Origin: a virus
IMG/VR virus record: IMGVR_UViG_3300021960_000030
Span: 32,001-96,000 of that record
Direction: 5' to 3' (one strand)
Length of the DNA stretch: 64,000 nt
In this document: positions 48,170 to 57,637 of the stretch, one piece after another
Layout: each line of letters opens with the position of its first letter
Numbering within the stretch: the first letter of the stretch is position 1
The notes under the pieces: model-generated
Seen by the model: the letters and a program-made list of their open reading frames with translations, nothing else
Database searches by the model: none
What the model was told of the DNA's origin: nothing
Position numbers and translations under genes: made by a program

Positions 48170-48369
48170 TCTTCTTTTTTGAGTTTGAAGTAGAGTTTGT
48201 AATACCTCTTCTTCATCTCGTCAAGGGTATCCATGTCTTCTTGGAAACCCATGTACTTAAGGAGCGAATATGACCCCTCAAGTTCACTTAGCAATCTTAG
48301 TATATTGACTGCTGATTTGTCAAACCCCCCAAATCGATATGCGTAGAAGTCGTCAGCCTGCTTCTTCAC
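48148..48369 (-). CDS. Hypothetical protein
   Basis: ORF track. The last 22 nt overlap the 5' end of tRNA-Ser. Confidence 0.7.
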   Translation of the reverse strand: MKKQADDFYAYRFGGFDKSAVNILRLLSELEGSYSLLKYMGFQEDMDTLDEMKKRYYKLYFKLKKEEESCPSG

Positions 48370-48638
48370 AATGGGATGTCCTGATAGTTCTCGATCATAT
48401 CATCGATACAGAACAGAATAGGATGGCAACCTTCCTCAATAAGGTATGAGGAATGCCTATACATGTCATCCATGTTATAGGTTATGTTTGCTTGCTGCTC
48501 CTCTGGGATGTCATCCACGGTGAGATTGATATCTTCCAGTTCATCAAAGGTGAATGGTACTCCATTGATGAACCAAAACTTGACGATACCAACGTTCTCT
48601 AAAAGACCGAACCCACTATGGATCTTGTATTTTACCAT
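48366..48638 (-). CDS. Hypothetical protein
   Basis: ORF track. ATAAATA upstream at about 48660. Confidence 0.7.
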   Translation of the reverse strand: MVKYKIHSGFGLLENVGIVKFWFINGVPFTFDELEDINLTVDDIPEEQQANITYNMDDMYRHSSYLIEEGCHPILFCIDDMIENYQDIPL

Positions 48639-48830
48639 AGTCCTGCACCTGTACAGTATTATTTATTACTGACACGCACAGTTTCCTCATGCATGATAAT
48701 GTCAGTCTTCAGTTCAATGTCGTATAAACATTGAGCAACAGTGGAACATTTGCCCACATAAAAGTGCTGTTCATGTGTGATTAGTGTCCAATGGAATAGA
48801 CAATCAATCTCACTATACCAGATCTTGATA

Positions 48831-49112
48831 TCAAGATTCAAGTTCTGTCTGCATTTCTTGGAGTTGTTCGCGTACATAATCACGGGTTCCAATCGGATCA
48901 ACAAATGATTCAGGATCAATAGGCAATCCCAAATCTCCCCCAATGGGAGGATTGAAGGAGGTTGCTTCTTTGTAAGTTGGTAGAGGTACCATCATCACCC
49001 GTGTGCCGTCTTCTCGGATGATCTTGACGGAACTACCACGACAGACGAGGTTAAACAGGAAATCAAAGTTGTCTTGTGCTTCCTGTTCGGTTACTTCGAT
49101 AATGTTGTTCAT
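48831..49112 (-). CDS. Hypothetical protein (Phd/YefM-like N-terminus)
   Basis: VTEQEAQDNFDFLFNLVCRGSSVKIIR.DG resembles the Phd/YefM DNA-binding fold. Confidence 0.55.
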   Translation of the reverse strand: MNNIIEVTEQEAQDNFDFLFNLVCRGSSVKIIREDGTRVMMVPLPTYKEATSFNPPIGGDLGLPIDPESFVDPIGTRDYVREQLQEMQTELES

Positions 49113-49297
49113 AGGACAAAACAGAAATCTTCTTCAGGAACCATTGCCCTGATGTGTTGAATAGTGTCGGAGAATCCTTCGGTACCGTCCTCATCAAACT
49201 TCCACTGGATCTCCTCTTGATACCCTTCGGAATCAAGCATGACGACCTTGCGGGAAGAGATGTGAACCCAGCAGTGCTCAAGAGTGGTGTCAGACAT
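49109..49297 (-). CDS. Hypothetical protein
   Basis: ORF track. Follows a sigma70-like promoter. Confidence 0.7.
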   Translation of the reverse strand: MSDTTLEHCWVHISSRKVVMLDSEGYQEEIQWKFDEDGTEGFSDTIQHIRAMVPEEDFCFVL

Positions 49298-49322
49298 AGG
49301 GGGGTGTGTCGCTTACCCCCGT

Positions 49323-49365
49323 ATCATAGCAAGTCTGTGTGGGTCCCGCAACCCCCCTGTGACAC
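49323..49365 (-). promoter_or_regulatory. Sigma70-like promoter TTGCGG-N17-TATGAT with an upstream GTGTCACA half-site
   Basis: Read directly. Lies just after the gp5 stop and probably drives the tRNA operon. Confidence 0.6.
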
Positions 49366-52188
49366 TTAGTTAAGTAGCAGGGGCAGACCGTAGACCTGAT
49401 GGGGTCCGACTGCACAACCAGTTGCCATGAAACCAGTGCCCACACCGTAGGATGCCAGACCCGTGGTCACTTGGTTCACGATAGCACCATTGCTGGATGC
49501 CACGATCTCACCGATGCCACCAGTGGGAGATGCCACGAAGGTGAAGTGAATCGCAGGTTGAGAACCAGTGATAATGTCTGCCATGGTAGTGGGCATTGAT
49601 TGTGCCACCGACATACGGACATGTGCAGGAGGTGTAGCACCAGGGAAGGGAAGGTCAGTCGTCAAATCGATAATAGCACCCTTAACGATATTGAACTGAC
49701 CAGAGATAGCAGCAAGAGGGTTAAACAGTGCCACAAACTCAAATCGTCCACAGTTCAGGAACGATGTAATCCAGTTTGCTTCCTGTGTAATCTCACCATC
49801 TGCACTGATGCCGATGTTGTTGCCTTCAATCTTGATCTGGTTACCGTTGAGTTTCAGGTTAGAGATAGCGTTGATGCTAACTTGGTTACCCTGAATACGA
49901 ACGTCACCAGAGTATGCAATGTTGTGGTCACCAGACTTACGCTCTGCAGACTTCTGCTCGTTGTCATCGTCAACAGATGTTGCAAGATTGGTGTACTTCA
50001 TCGGAGGTGTAACTACACCAACACCACTGGGAGGATTGATAGGTTTCAGATTAGAGTAGAACTCCTCATCTTCCCTGCGGAGACGTTCTTCCAGAGACTC
50101 AACCCGATCTCTCAGAGTGATCATCTCACCAAAAGAGATTGTGTTCTTAGAAACAACATCGGTTTGTAAGTCCTTAGAAAGGAATGCCGTATTGTTCCTA
50201 CGCTGAAGGTTTGTTGCTCCAGATGAAGTCTGGACAGTGGTAGTGGTGGTAGTGCCACCAGATGTGGAAGCACCAGAGTCACCAACCTTTGCTGTTGGTT
50301 TGCTGCTACCAGAGGCAGATGCCTGGGGACCGTTACCTTGAGAGTTGTTGATCGCACCTTCAACTTCAATGTGCCAGTTACCATGCACCTTCAGATAGTA
50401 GTCACCTTCAATAGTGTCAATGCGGTTTGCTTTGACTGTGGTGCACTTGTCCCTTGCAATGATCTTAGTCTCGTTGTTAGGAACATTGGTGTGCTGGTTG
50501 CCTTGGTTATCTTGGAAGTTAGATACACCACCAGGACCCTGAGTTGCTGCCCACTCCTTACCCTTGGTTGCGTTGTGAATGACACGAGAACCATCAAGGA
50601 ATGACTGAACTTCCATCACACGAATGTTGATTCCCTTGAATAGGTTATCAACGTATCCAGCAGATGATGTGGCATCCGTCCACTCTTTCAGAGATGTTGG
50701 CAAACTGGTTGAACCAAACCCAGACATGCCAGTGACAAACTCCGACACGTCATTACAAGTGGTACTACCTAATAGTGGGAACCATTGTTTAGTCTTTGGT
50801 TTCTTGATCTTTCGTCCGCAGTCCTTCTGGAATAGCAGACCGAGAAGTGCTTTCAGGATAGCAATCAGAGAACCCCAGTTCAGTTTGGTGAAGTCCACTT
50901 TGAACAGCATGTCCAGAACAGACTTTGCTTGACCAATGAACTCAACACCAGACTTCAGAGCATTGACTGCAGACACCACAACTTTTGCAATGTCTCGTAC
51001 CTTCTGAATCGTCTGGTTGATATTGGACAGGATTCTGTCGGTAATACCCTGTACCTTAGAAACGATTGTAGATACAACATTGCTGACCTGAGATACCACC
51101 ATGCCAACGATCTGGTCGGCAAATCCAGTTATGTCCGTTAGTGCTGACTGGACTATACTTAACCACTGTGGGTGAGGCACACAGAATAGGTCAAGGATGA
51201 AACTGATTAGATCCAGGATCCCCAAGAAGATAGACAGAGGGATGAACGAGGAAATAATCTTAACGATTGTGTTGATGATCTTGACCGTAATCTCTGCCAA
51301 GAACTCTTTGAGAGGTGCAAGGATTGCAGAGATACCAGAAGAGATATAGTTTGCTAGTTTACCTAGGTGCTCAAGAACTTTGTCACCGTTGATTCTCTTA
51401 CCAGTGATCAGTGAAATGAACTGACCATCACTACCACTGGCGATTGATGCTGCCATTGTGCCCAACTCAGTGAGCATACGGGTCAGACCTTTTTCAAAAC
51501 CTTCACCAGCGGGACCGTTTGCACCGTCTGCCACTTCCTGAGACTCGGTAGGTGGTTTGAGTGGGTTAGTAACGGCGTTACCAGGGGTACATGCCTCAGC
51601 AGTGCTCAGACCGCCGCCTCGTGCCTCCTCAACCTGCCCTGCAGGTCCAGCAACCGCCTGCTGCTGGTCTTTTGCTAGTGGTGCACCACCATGGTTCTTC
51701 TCCCCTGCCAGCGTCGCCTGTTGGGGGGTGTTAGTTTCGTTCTCTTTAGCGACTGTAATGTCGGCAATAGTTGTTGCCTTGGTTGTCTCCTGTGCACCCT
51801 TACCTTTACCAGCAGCAGACTTCTGATCATCTGCTTGCTTGAAACCACGGAATGCACCCATGACCACAGGCAGTTGTGCCTCATCTCCGTCAAGGAAGAA
51901 TCCCATGACGAATGCACCAACCTGCAACTCAGTTGTGGTACCTGTACCCTTGATCTGAGGTTTATCTGTAGGCAGAAGGACAGTTGCCCACGGAAGGTTT
52001 TCAGTAGGAAGTGTTTTGGTATAAGAATCAGCACCTTTGTTTGACTTGTTACCAGTGTACCAACCAACAATACGGACCTTTACACGACCAAGTTGAGACG
52101 GGTCTTTGTTATCCTCAACTTCACCAACCCACCATACAAATCCGTCGCGACCTGCAAAATCTGTCTTGTAACCTTGAAGTCCTTCCAT
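49366..52188 (-). CDS. gp5: Baseplate hub/central spike protein gp5 (no lysozyme domain seen)
   Basis: FVWWVGEVED..DP..LGRVKVRI.G..LPWA..GFFLDG..QLPVVMG is the gp5 OB-fold. C-terminal beta-helix-like repeats. Confidence 0.9.
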   Translation of the reverse strand: MEGLQGYKTDFAGRDGFVWWVGEVEDNKDPSQLGRVKVRIVGWYTGNKSNKGADSYTKTLPTENLPWATVLLPTDKPQIKGTGTTTELQVGAFVMGFFLDGDEAQLPVVMGAFRGFKQADDQKSAAGKGKGAQETTKATTIADITVAKENETNTPQQATLAGEKNHGGAPLAKDQQQAVAGPAGQVEEARGGGLSTAEACTPGNAVTNPLKPPTESQEVADGANGPAGEGFEKGLTRMLTELGTMAASIASGSDGQFISLITGKRINGDKVLEHLGKLANYISSGISAILAPLKEFLAEITVKIINTIVKIISSFIPLSIFLGILDLISFILDLFCVPHPQWLSIVQSALTDITGFADQIVGMVVSQVSNVVSTIVSKVQGITDRILSNINQTIQKVRDIAKVVVSAVNALKSGVEFIGQAKSVLDMLFKVDFTKLNWGSLIAILKALLGLLFQKDCGRKIKKPKTKQWFPLLGSTTCNDVSEFVTGMSGFGSTSLPTSLKEWTDATSSAGYVDNLFKGINIRVMEVQSFLDGSRVIHNATKGKEWAATQGPGGVSNFQDNQGNQHTNVPNNETKIIARDKCTTVKANRIDTIEGDYYLKVHGNWHIEVEGAINNSQGNGPQASASGSSKPTAKVGDSGASTSGGTTTTTTVQTSSGATNLQRRNNTAFLSKDLQTDVVSKNTISFGEMITLRDRVESLEERLRREDEEFYSNLKPINPPSGVGVVTPPMKYTNLATSVDDDNEQKSAERKSGDHNIAYSGDVRIQGNQVSINAISNLKLNGNQIKIEGNNIGISADGEITQEANWITSFLNCGRFEFVALFNPLAAISGQFNIVKGAIIDLTTDLPFPGATPPAHVRMSVAQSMPTTMADIITGSQPAIHFTFVASPTGGIGEIVASSNGAIVNQVTTGLASYGVGTGFMATGCAVGPHQVYGLPLLLN

Positions 52189-52202
52189 GAACGAATGTCT
52201 TT

Positions 52203-52676
52203 TTACGGATTATTTATCTTGACAAATCTAAACTCTTTCATGGGATCATCGCTGATGTCCAAACCCCAACGAAACTCTCCTGTCTTCGGATCTACACCCG
52301 TATCTCTAGATCTGTACTCTTCACCATTGAATCGTACATGAGAAATGACTTTCGTATCCCGTAGGATACAGTCTCCCTGTGGTTCACCCCACCACCAACC
52401 ATCAAAGAATCCCCATTGAAAAGGACATGATGCTTCGTCAGTCTTTAGATTGACCGATGTAGTGAAACAGTTGAAATGCCTATCATATCTATACTCTACA
52501 CGAAAGTGTCGATACGGTTCATTCTCACCCTGATACTTATACCAGGACTTAAAGTCTAACGTACCGTCTTCGTTCTCAGTATATTTTACATGAATATGGG
52601 GCCATGCAGAGGGATTACTCTGCGCCTGGCGTTTGTTGCTGTAGTGTCCCAGCACCATCTTGTGCCACATAATCAT
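52203..52676 (-). CDS. cpeT: Phage CpeT phycobiliprotein lyase
   Basis: GHYSNKRQAQSNP..WPHI, PYRH and SRDTGVDPKTGEFRWG. Adjacent to gp5 as in cyanomyoviruses. Confidence 0.88.
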   Translation of the reverse strand: MIMWHKMVLGHYSNKRQAQSNPSAWPHIHVKYTENEDGTLDFKSWYKYQGENEPYRHFRVEYRYDRHFNCFTTSVNLKTDEASCPFQWGFFDGWWWGEPQGDCILRDTKVISHVRFNGEEYRSRDTGVDPKTGEFRWGLDISDDPMKEFRFVKINNP

Positions 52677-53247
52677 ACCAACCAGTCACAATCATTTTCG
52701 TTTCATTTGGTGCAACCTTTCCCTGATGGAAATGTGTCCAATCAGCAGGCCATAGTAATGTCAATCCCTTCACAGGTTTGATCATTGCTTCCTGCAGTGG
52801 GAAATATGTATGCCCACCTTCTTCAACGGTATTTAGATAGGTCATCCATGCCATAACACGATGCTGAGATGGAGTCTCGTTAGTCATCTTCTCAGTATGC
52901 ATGGCAAAGTAACCCCCACCAGGAGGATACTGTTGAATGTTGAACGCTGAAACAAGGTCCCAAGAGATCTTACCGAATCCTGGGTATCTTGCGATGTATG
53001 TAATCGTTGCCTGTGCTAACTCTTCAATATATGCCTCTATTCTTGGGTCCTTAAGATGTACTGGGACCGTCATGTCAATGGAATCTTTGACGCTTGGGTT
53101 AACTCCGCTACCCGTATGTCCAGGTTCCTTAGACAGGTATTCGCATTCATTGAAGAACTCTATAACTCCATCACACACAAGAGGATCAATCTTCGCTCCA
53201 GCGATGAAACTCTTAGGGTGGTTAATCTCAATAAGCTCTAAAGCCAT
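52615..53247 (-). CDS. 2OG-Fe(II) oxygenase (prolyl-hydroxylase-like)
   Basis: NIQQYPPGGGYFAMHTE..RVMAWMTYLN..GG.T.F...LWPADWTHFH.G..K..VTGW. Confidence 0.9.
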   Translation of the reverse strand: MALELIEINHPKSFIAGAKIDPLVCDGVIEFFNECEYLSKEPGHTGSGVNPSVKDSIDMTVPVHLKDPRIEAYIEELAQATITYIARYPGFGKISWDLVSAFNIQQYPPGGGYFAMHTEKMTNETPSQHRVMAWMTYLNTVEEGGHTYFPLQEAMIKPVKGLTLLWPADWTHFHQGKVAPNETKMIVTGWYDYVAQDGAGTLQQQTPGAE

Positions 53248-53300
53248 TCCTTTGAACCCTCACAGTGTTAATCATAATCATTTATTGGAGTCTTGTCAAG

Positions 53301-53519
53301 TCAGTCGTCGTAAACTCTACACTCAAGAGCACTCGGGTTGTTGTCGCAATACAGTTCAAGAGATGTAGGATCGTGATGATCTTCGGGATGACGCTCAGCG
53401 TATGCCTCCAGTTCCTTAAGTTCGCCTTCAATGTGACGACGACGTTGAGCAGAGATCTGAGGATCCATCAACTCAGCACGATCTACTTCGATGTGCTTTT
53501 CGATGTTTTCCATGGTCAA
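53301..53519 (-). CDS. cp12: CP12 Calvin-cycle regulator
   Basis: C-terminal DPTSLELYCDNNPSALECRVYDD. Confidence 0.95.
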   Translation of the reverse strand: MTMENIEKHIEVDRAELMDPQISAQRRRHIEGELKELEAYAERHPEDHHDPTSLELYCDNNPSALECRVYDD

Positions 53520-53540
53520 ATGCGTATTAGTACGTACTAT

Positions 53541-53657
53541 TTAGTTGTTGTCCGTAAATACGTTTGTGATTGCGGTGAAGATTGAATGAAAAAACACATA
53601 CAGGAAGAAAGTCTCGGTCGCCTCTTTCTTTGCCTGCTTCTTATAAGATTGAGCCAT
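53541..53657 (-). CDS. Small protein (38 aa) with a hydrophobic segment
   Basis: Hand translation MAQSYKKQAKKEATETFFLYVFFHSIFTAITNVFTDNN, with ATAAATA at about 53678-53684 upstream. Confidence 0.55.
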   Translation of the reverse strand: MAQSYKKQAKKEATETFFLYVFFHSIFTAITNVFTDNN

Positions 53658-53682
53658 AAATCACTTGTCGCTGCCCTATTTA

Positions 53683-55080
53683 TCATTTAACACTGTCTCT
53701 GATGAGTTCTAGCGTTGTTGAGACACCTTCTTTGGTCCAAACGTGGGCAATGCCAGCAATCAAATACTTACCAGAATAGACCTTATCTTCCTCAACTTTG
53801 TTAGCAGAAGAACGACCGAGAGGAATCAACACCTTGATCACGTCACCCGCTGCCAGAGCAGTGTTTCCAGGTACCTCAACCCTCAAACAGATCGCCCTGA
53901 TTGCCTCGTAACGTGCCATAGCATAGGTTCCAACCTCCAGAGTATCCCCGTCAGCGGTGGGTGCACCTGCTGTTGGATCACCTGCAGGTCTACCTTGCTG
54001 CTCCTTCTGATCCTTCAATCCAGGGAGGATTCTTAACTTGGCACGAGAAGGGAAATACTCTTCGTATTCCTTCATAAATGCCATCGGATTACCCTTTTCT
54101 AGGGTTGACATCTTGCCAAACATGGCACTATACTTGGATTCTCTAGGTCCAGTGATAGTTCCACCACCACCGCCAGATGTATCTTGAGCGACAGCAGAAC
54201 GAGTCATCACAGGCAACATAATACCCGATGTGACGTTGTAGATTGTTCCCGTTCTTAACTTCTCCAGGATGTGTGTGCGGTCAGGGAAAGCGATGTTGTT
54301 GATGAGATAGTAGTTACGTTCGGTGTCACTTTCCTGCACGTTGCTTTGCTCATACACATACTCAAAGTCGAGCGGTGGTTGCTCACACATGTAGTCGATG
54401 CTTTGGAAGTTGAAACCTCTACGATTCTCATAGAACAGAAATCCTGATTGTGTTTCGCTACCCTTTCCTTTGTTGGATCGAGTAACCTTATCACACATAT
54501 AGTTGAGAAGGTCTACGGGTCTCCAGTTAGGAGACACGAAGTTAATCTTGGAGTGTGGTTCAATAGCACCAGCATGTTTGAGTTTCTTTTGACCCTGCAG
54601 GTGTTCCTTAACGATATATTGAACGATGTCTTGCTTTCCTGAACCTGCCTTAGTTGCAGGTCCAAAAGAACCGAAGACGCGGTTCACCTCATTGTTCAGT
54701 GCTTCTGTGCTGACACAGTGAAGAATATAAGAACATGTTCTTTCAGTCTTGATCACACTTGCAATCTTGAAGATCTGCCCTTCCCACTTCAAACTCTTTC
54801 CTTTAGAAGCATCAGTCACGATCTCCAAGTGCACAACCTCACCACCCCTCAATAGGTTGATGAAGTCAACAGATTCAATAATGGCGATATCTAGTCTGCA
54901 GAATGGCGAATCGATCGATTCATACCATGTAAACTCAGCAGCGACTGACTTCAGATCAAAAGAGTTCTTAGAGTCCTTCTTGAATCTAGATGCGAGATCC
55001 TTACTAACCTGTCGGTTGCCACCCGTTTTAGGAATCGTAATGGTTAGATCTTTAAGTTCGTAACCTCTTGCTTCTGCCAT
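53683..55080 (-). CDS. Baseplate hub protein (gp27-like)
   Basis: WYESIDSPF, FLFYENRRGFNFQSID, VPGN..L.AGD.I and YSGKYLI..I.H are hub-family motifs. Confidence 0.7.
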   Translation of the reverse strand: MAEARGYELKDLTITIPKTGGNRQVSKDLASRFKKDSKNSFDLKSVAAEFTWYESIDSPFCRLDIAIIESVDFINLLRGGEVVHLEIVTDASKGKSLKWEGQIFKIASVIKTERTCSYILHCVSTEALNNEVNRVFGSFGPATKAGSGKQDIVQYIVKEHLQGQKKLKHAGAIEPHSKINFVSPNWRPVDLLNYMCDKVTRSNKGKGSETQSGFLFYENRRGFNFQSIDYMCEQPPLDFEYVYEQSNVQESDTERNYYLINNIAFPDRTHILEKLRTGTIYNVTSGIMLPVMTRSAVAQDTSGGGGGTITGPRESKYSAMFGKMSTLEKGNPMAFMKEYEEYFPSRAKLRILPGLKDQKEQQGRPAGDPTAGAPTADGDTLEVGTYAMARYEAIRAICLRVEVPGNTALAAGDVIKVLIPLGRSSANKVEEDKVYSGKYLIAGIAHVWTKEGVSTTLELIRDSVK

Positions 55081-55081
55081 A

Positions 55082-57634
55082 TTACGTTAACATCGTGGGT
55101 GGTGTGTTGATCTCGTTCATCAGACCAAACCTAGGTATCATGTATTTAGCGGCAGCCTGGGCACGTTGAGGCAGACCAACGATTGCAGGTCTACTGGTAG
55201 ACTGACCACCGCTACTTCCCTGACCCTTCTGGGTGACTGTAGGTGCCTGTGCAACTTTTGTTTGACTTCTTTCTGATGCAGCAGACTCAATACGTTGTTC
55301 TTGTCCCTGTTGCAGAGACGACAGTTGATCACCACCTGTACCAGTGTTGGTGGGTGGTTTCAGACTCCTGAGGTAAGAAGCACCACCAGTGCCCTTACCC
55401 TTGATCAGACTGATGATCGGCTCTGCTCTGCGTCCTACCTCAGAGTACCATGCACTATCCCTGAGTTCTTCACCTGCCTTATTATAGTTACCTGCTTTCA
55501 ATGCTGCAGTGAACTTAGGGAAACCCTTCCAGAATGAACCACCCATGTTGAAGGTGAGGTCAATCAGTGCTGCCTTTGCCTGTGGGTGTGCTTTCTTGTA
55601 TCCAGGGATCTTCTGTGCCATCGCAAGGTGATGGTTGAAGTCCTTATTAAACAGTTTATCTGCCTCAGACTGAGAGATGACAGATCCCATGCCGTATCCG
55701 TCGCCTGGTTTGATCAGGTGACCATAACCAATCGTCGGGTATCCCTTGCTATCCTTATATGCTCTGTGTCTACCGCCAACGATGTTAGATCCCTCGTGGA
55801 TCTTGATCATCTTCTTGGCAAAGTCAAACACACCACCTTCGGCAAAACCAGGCAACTGGTAACCACCACGCATTGCCTCACCCCAACGTTGGTTGGTGAG
55901 ACCTGGGTTTGCTTTGGTTGCAGGGGTGTCGAATGGAACAACAAACGCAGATCCACCGCTGGCATATCCCTTCATGCCAACCCATTCGGTACCGTGACCG
56001 ATGAAGTCTACACCTTGACCAGTAAGAGAGACAGGATATCCCGATTGTGGACCGCTGATCCATCCACCCTTTGCTTTCTGTGGCAGAGGACCACCTCTTG
56101 CCATCTCTTTCTTCTTATCTTCGTCTTCTTTCTTCTTGAAGATATCCAGAACTTTCTGGACTGCCGTGAACATAGTAACATAAGGCAGCAGCAAGTTCTT
56201 AAGAAGACCGCCACCTAATCTCTTGAGTTTATCAACATACGGAGAGATGAACTCTTTGACTGTACCAAATAGTTCACCGAAGAATCCAATGGTGTCATCG
56301 AGTTCCGACTTGAAGAACCCAACAACCTTCACAAACATATCCTTCACACCATTGAACAAGTCAATGATGGGTTGGAAGATGGGTTTCAGTGCACTCCAGA
56401 AGTTGCCACCTTTCTTCTTCTGAGATTCGGCAGACTTCTTAGAATCCTCTTCTGTTTGTGCCTTGATCTCATCTGCAGAGTACATCAACTTCTCTGCAAC
56501 TTGCTGCTTAGCAAGTTCTTCGAGCGCCTTCGGATCCATACCCTCCGTAAGGTCGGGCATTTCGATGTCCTCGAAGTTTACGTCTGGCATTGCCAGCATA
56601 GACATCGGGTCACCAGTCATGCCACCATAGGCATTCGTCTCTTCTGCTTGAGACTTACCGCCCTCTACCCCAGTGTTAGGTTGATTGGCGTCGTACGCCA
56701 TCTTACCAAGTGCTGCAACACCTGCAACGGCGGCAACACCTAGGGCAACTTTAGGATTCTTGACTAAAAACTTACCTGCTTTGAAGATGCCTTTGGCGGC
56801 AACCTTCGTCATGTTGAATAGTAGTTTTCCAACCCCTTTCAACAGTGAGAACAGGGGTTTCAGAATGAGTTTGTAACCACCCTTCAAGAGTAGTTTCAGA
56901 CCCAGTTTAGCAAGTGTTGGTCCTGCAAAGATAGCTGCAAGAACCAAGAAGAACTTACCAATACCCAACAATCCCTTGAGGGAGATTGGGTTCTCCATAA
57001 AGTCGGTGATGCCGTCTAAAGCAACACCCGTTAACCAAGAGGCAACTTGATATACAAACTTTCCAGCAGTGACCATGAAGTCCACGATCTTCTGCACCTT
57101 CTCTGGATTCCTTGATATCCAGTCAAGTGAAGCAAAACCAACCAGACTCATGAAGAATGAACCTAGGTTTGCCAGCAGATTCATCATACCGTTGGCTACC
57201 TTACCAGCAACCATGCCTGCAGCAAAACCTACTTTGCCTGCAAACTTACTGAATCTACCCTCTTGCTTTGCTTCAGCAAGATCATCTGCTGCTCTACCCT
57301 CTTCCTTTCTCTTTGCTCTAATATCTTTCTCTTCACGGACTGCTGTATCCTTAGCAGCATCATCCTGAGCGTCAGCAATCTTCTCTTGAGAGCGAATCTG
57401 TGCTTGCACAGAGTCCCTGAAAGACGCATTCATGTTCTCCAACATGATTGCGATGCTATTAACAGACGCACCAATACTATTGAGTGCCTTACCCATCTGG
57501 CGGAAACCAGTGTCCTGCACAGTGATCATTGTACCGAAATCGGTATTAGTCACCGACCTCTTAGAGATCCCCTTGGTAGAGATCATCTTAAAGAGTTTGG
57601 CTCTTGGTACTCCTGAAGGTGCGTTAGCTGCCAT
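55082..57634 (-). CDS. Tape-measure/hub-like virion protein with a GH24 lysozyme domain
   Basis: Helical/TM N-terminal half. HEG...AYKDSKGYPTIGYGH...ALIDLTFNMG...DSAWY.EVGRRA. Confidence 0.8.
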   Translation of the reverse strand: MAANAPSGVPRAKLFKMISTKGISKRSVTNTDFGTMITVQDTGFRQMGKALNSIGASVNSIAIMLENMNASFRDSVQAQIRSQEKIADAQDDAAKDTAVREEKDIRAKRKEEGRAADDLAEAKQEGRFSKFAGKVGFAAGMVAGKVANGMMNLLANLGSFFMSLVGFASLDWISRNPEKVQKIVDFMVTAGKFVYQVASWLTGVALDGITDFMENPISLKGLLGIGKFFLVLAAIFAGPTLAKLGLKLLLKGGYKLILKPLFSLLKGVGKLLFNMTKVAAKGIFKAGKFLVKNPKVALGVAAVAGVAALGKMAYDANQPNTGVEGGKSQAEETNAYGGMTGDPMSMLAMPDVNFEDIEMPDLTEGMDPKALEELAKQQVAEKLMYSADEIKAQTEEDSKKSAESQKKKGGNFWSALKPIFQPIIDLFNGVKDMFVKVVGFFKSELDDTIGFFGELFGTVKEFISPYVDKLKRLGGGLLKNLLLPYVTMFTAVQKVLDIFKKKEDEDKKKEMARGGPLPQKAKGGWISGPQSGYPVSLTGQGVDFIGHGTEWVGMKGYASGGSAFVVPFDTPATKANPGLTNQRWGEAMRGGYQLPGFAEGGVFDFAKKMIKIHEGSNIVGGRHRAYKDSKGYPTIGYGHLIKPGDGYGMGSVISQSEADKLFNKDFNHHLAMAQKIPGYKKAHPQAKAALIDLTFNMGGSFWKGFPKFTAALKAGNYNKAGEELRDSAWYSEVGRRAEPIISLIKGKGTGGASYLRSLKPPTNTGTGGDQLSSLQQGQEQRIESAASERSQTKVAQAPTVTQKGQGSSGGQSTSRPAIVGLPQRAQAAAKYMIPRFGLMNEINTPPTMLT

Positions 57635-57637
57635 TTA

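Noticed and set aside
48659-48943. 94-aa ORF as called
   Set aside because: The 5' part overlaps the 48831..49112 gene. A shorter 3' ORF may be real but I cannot fix its start.
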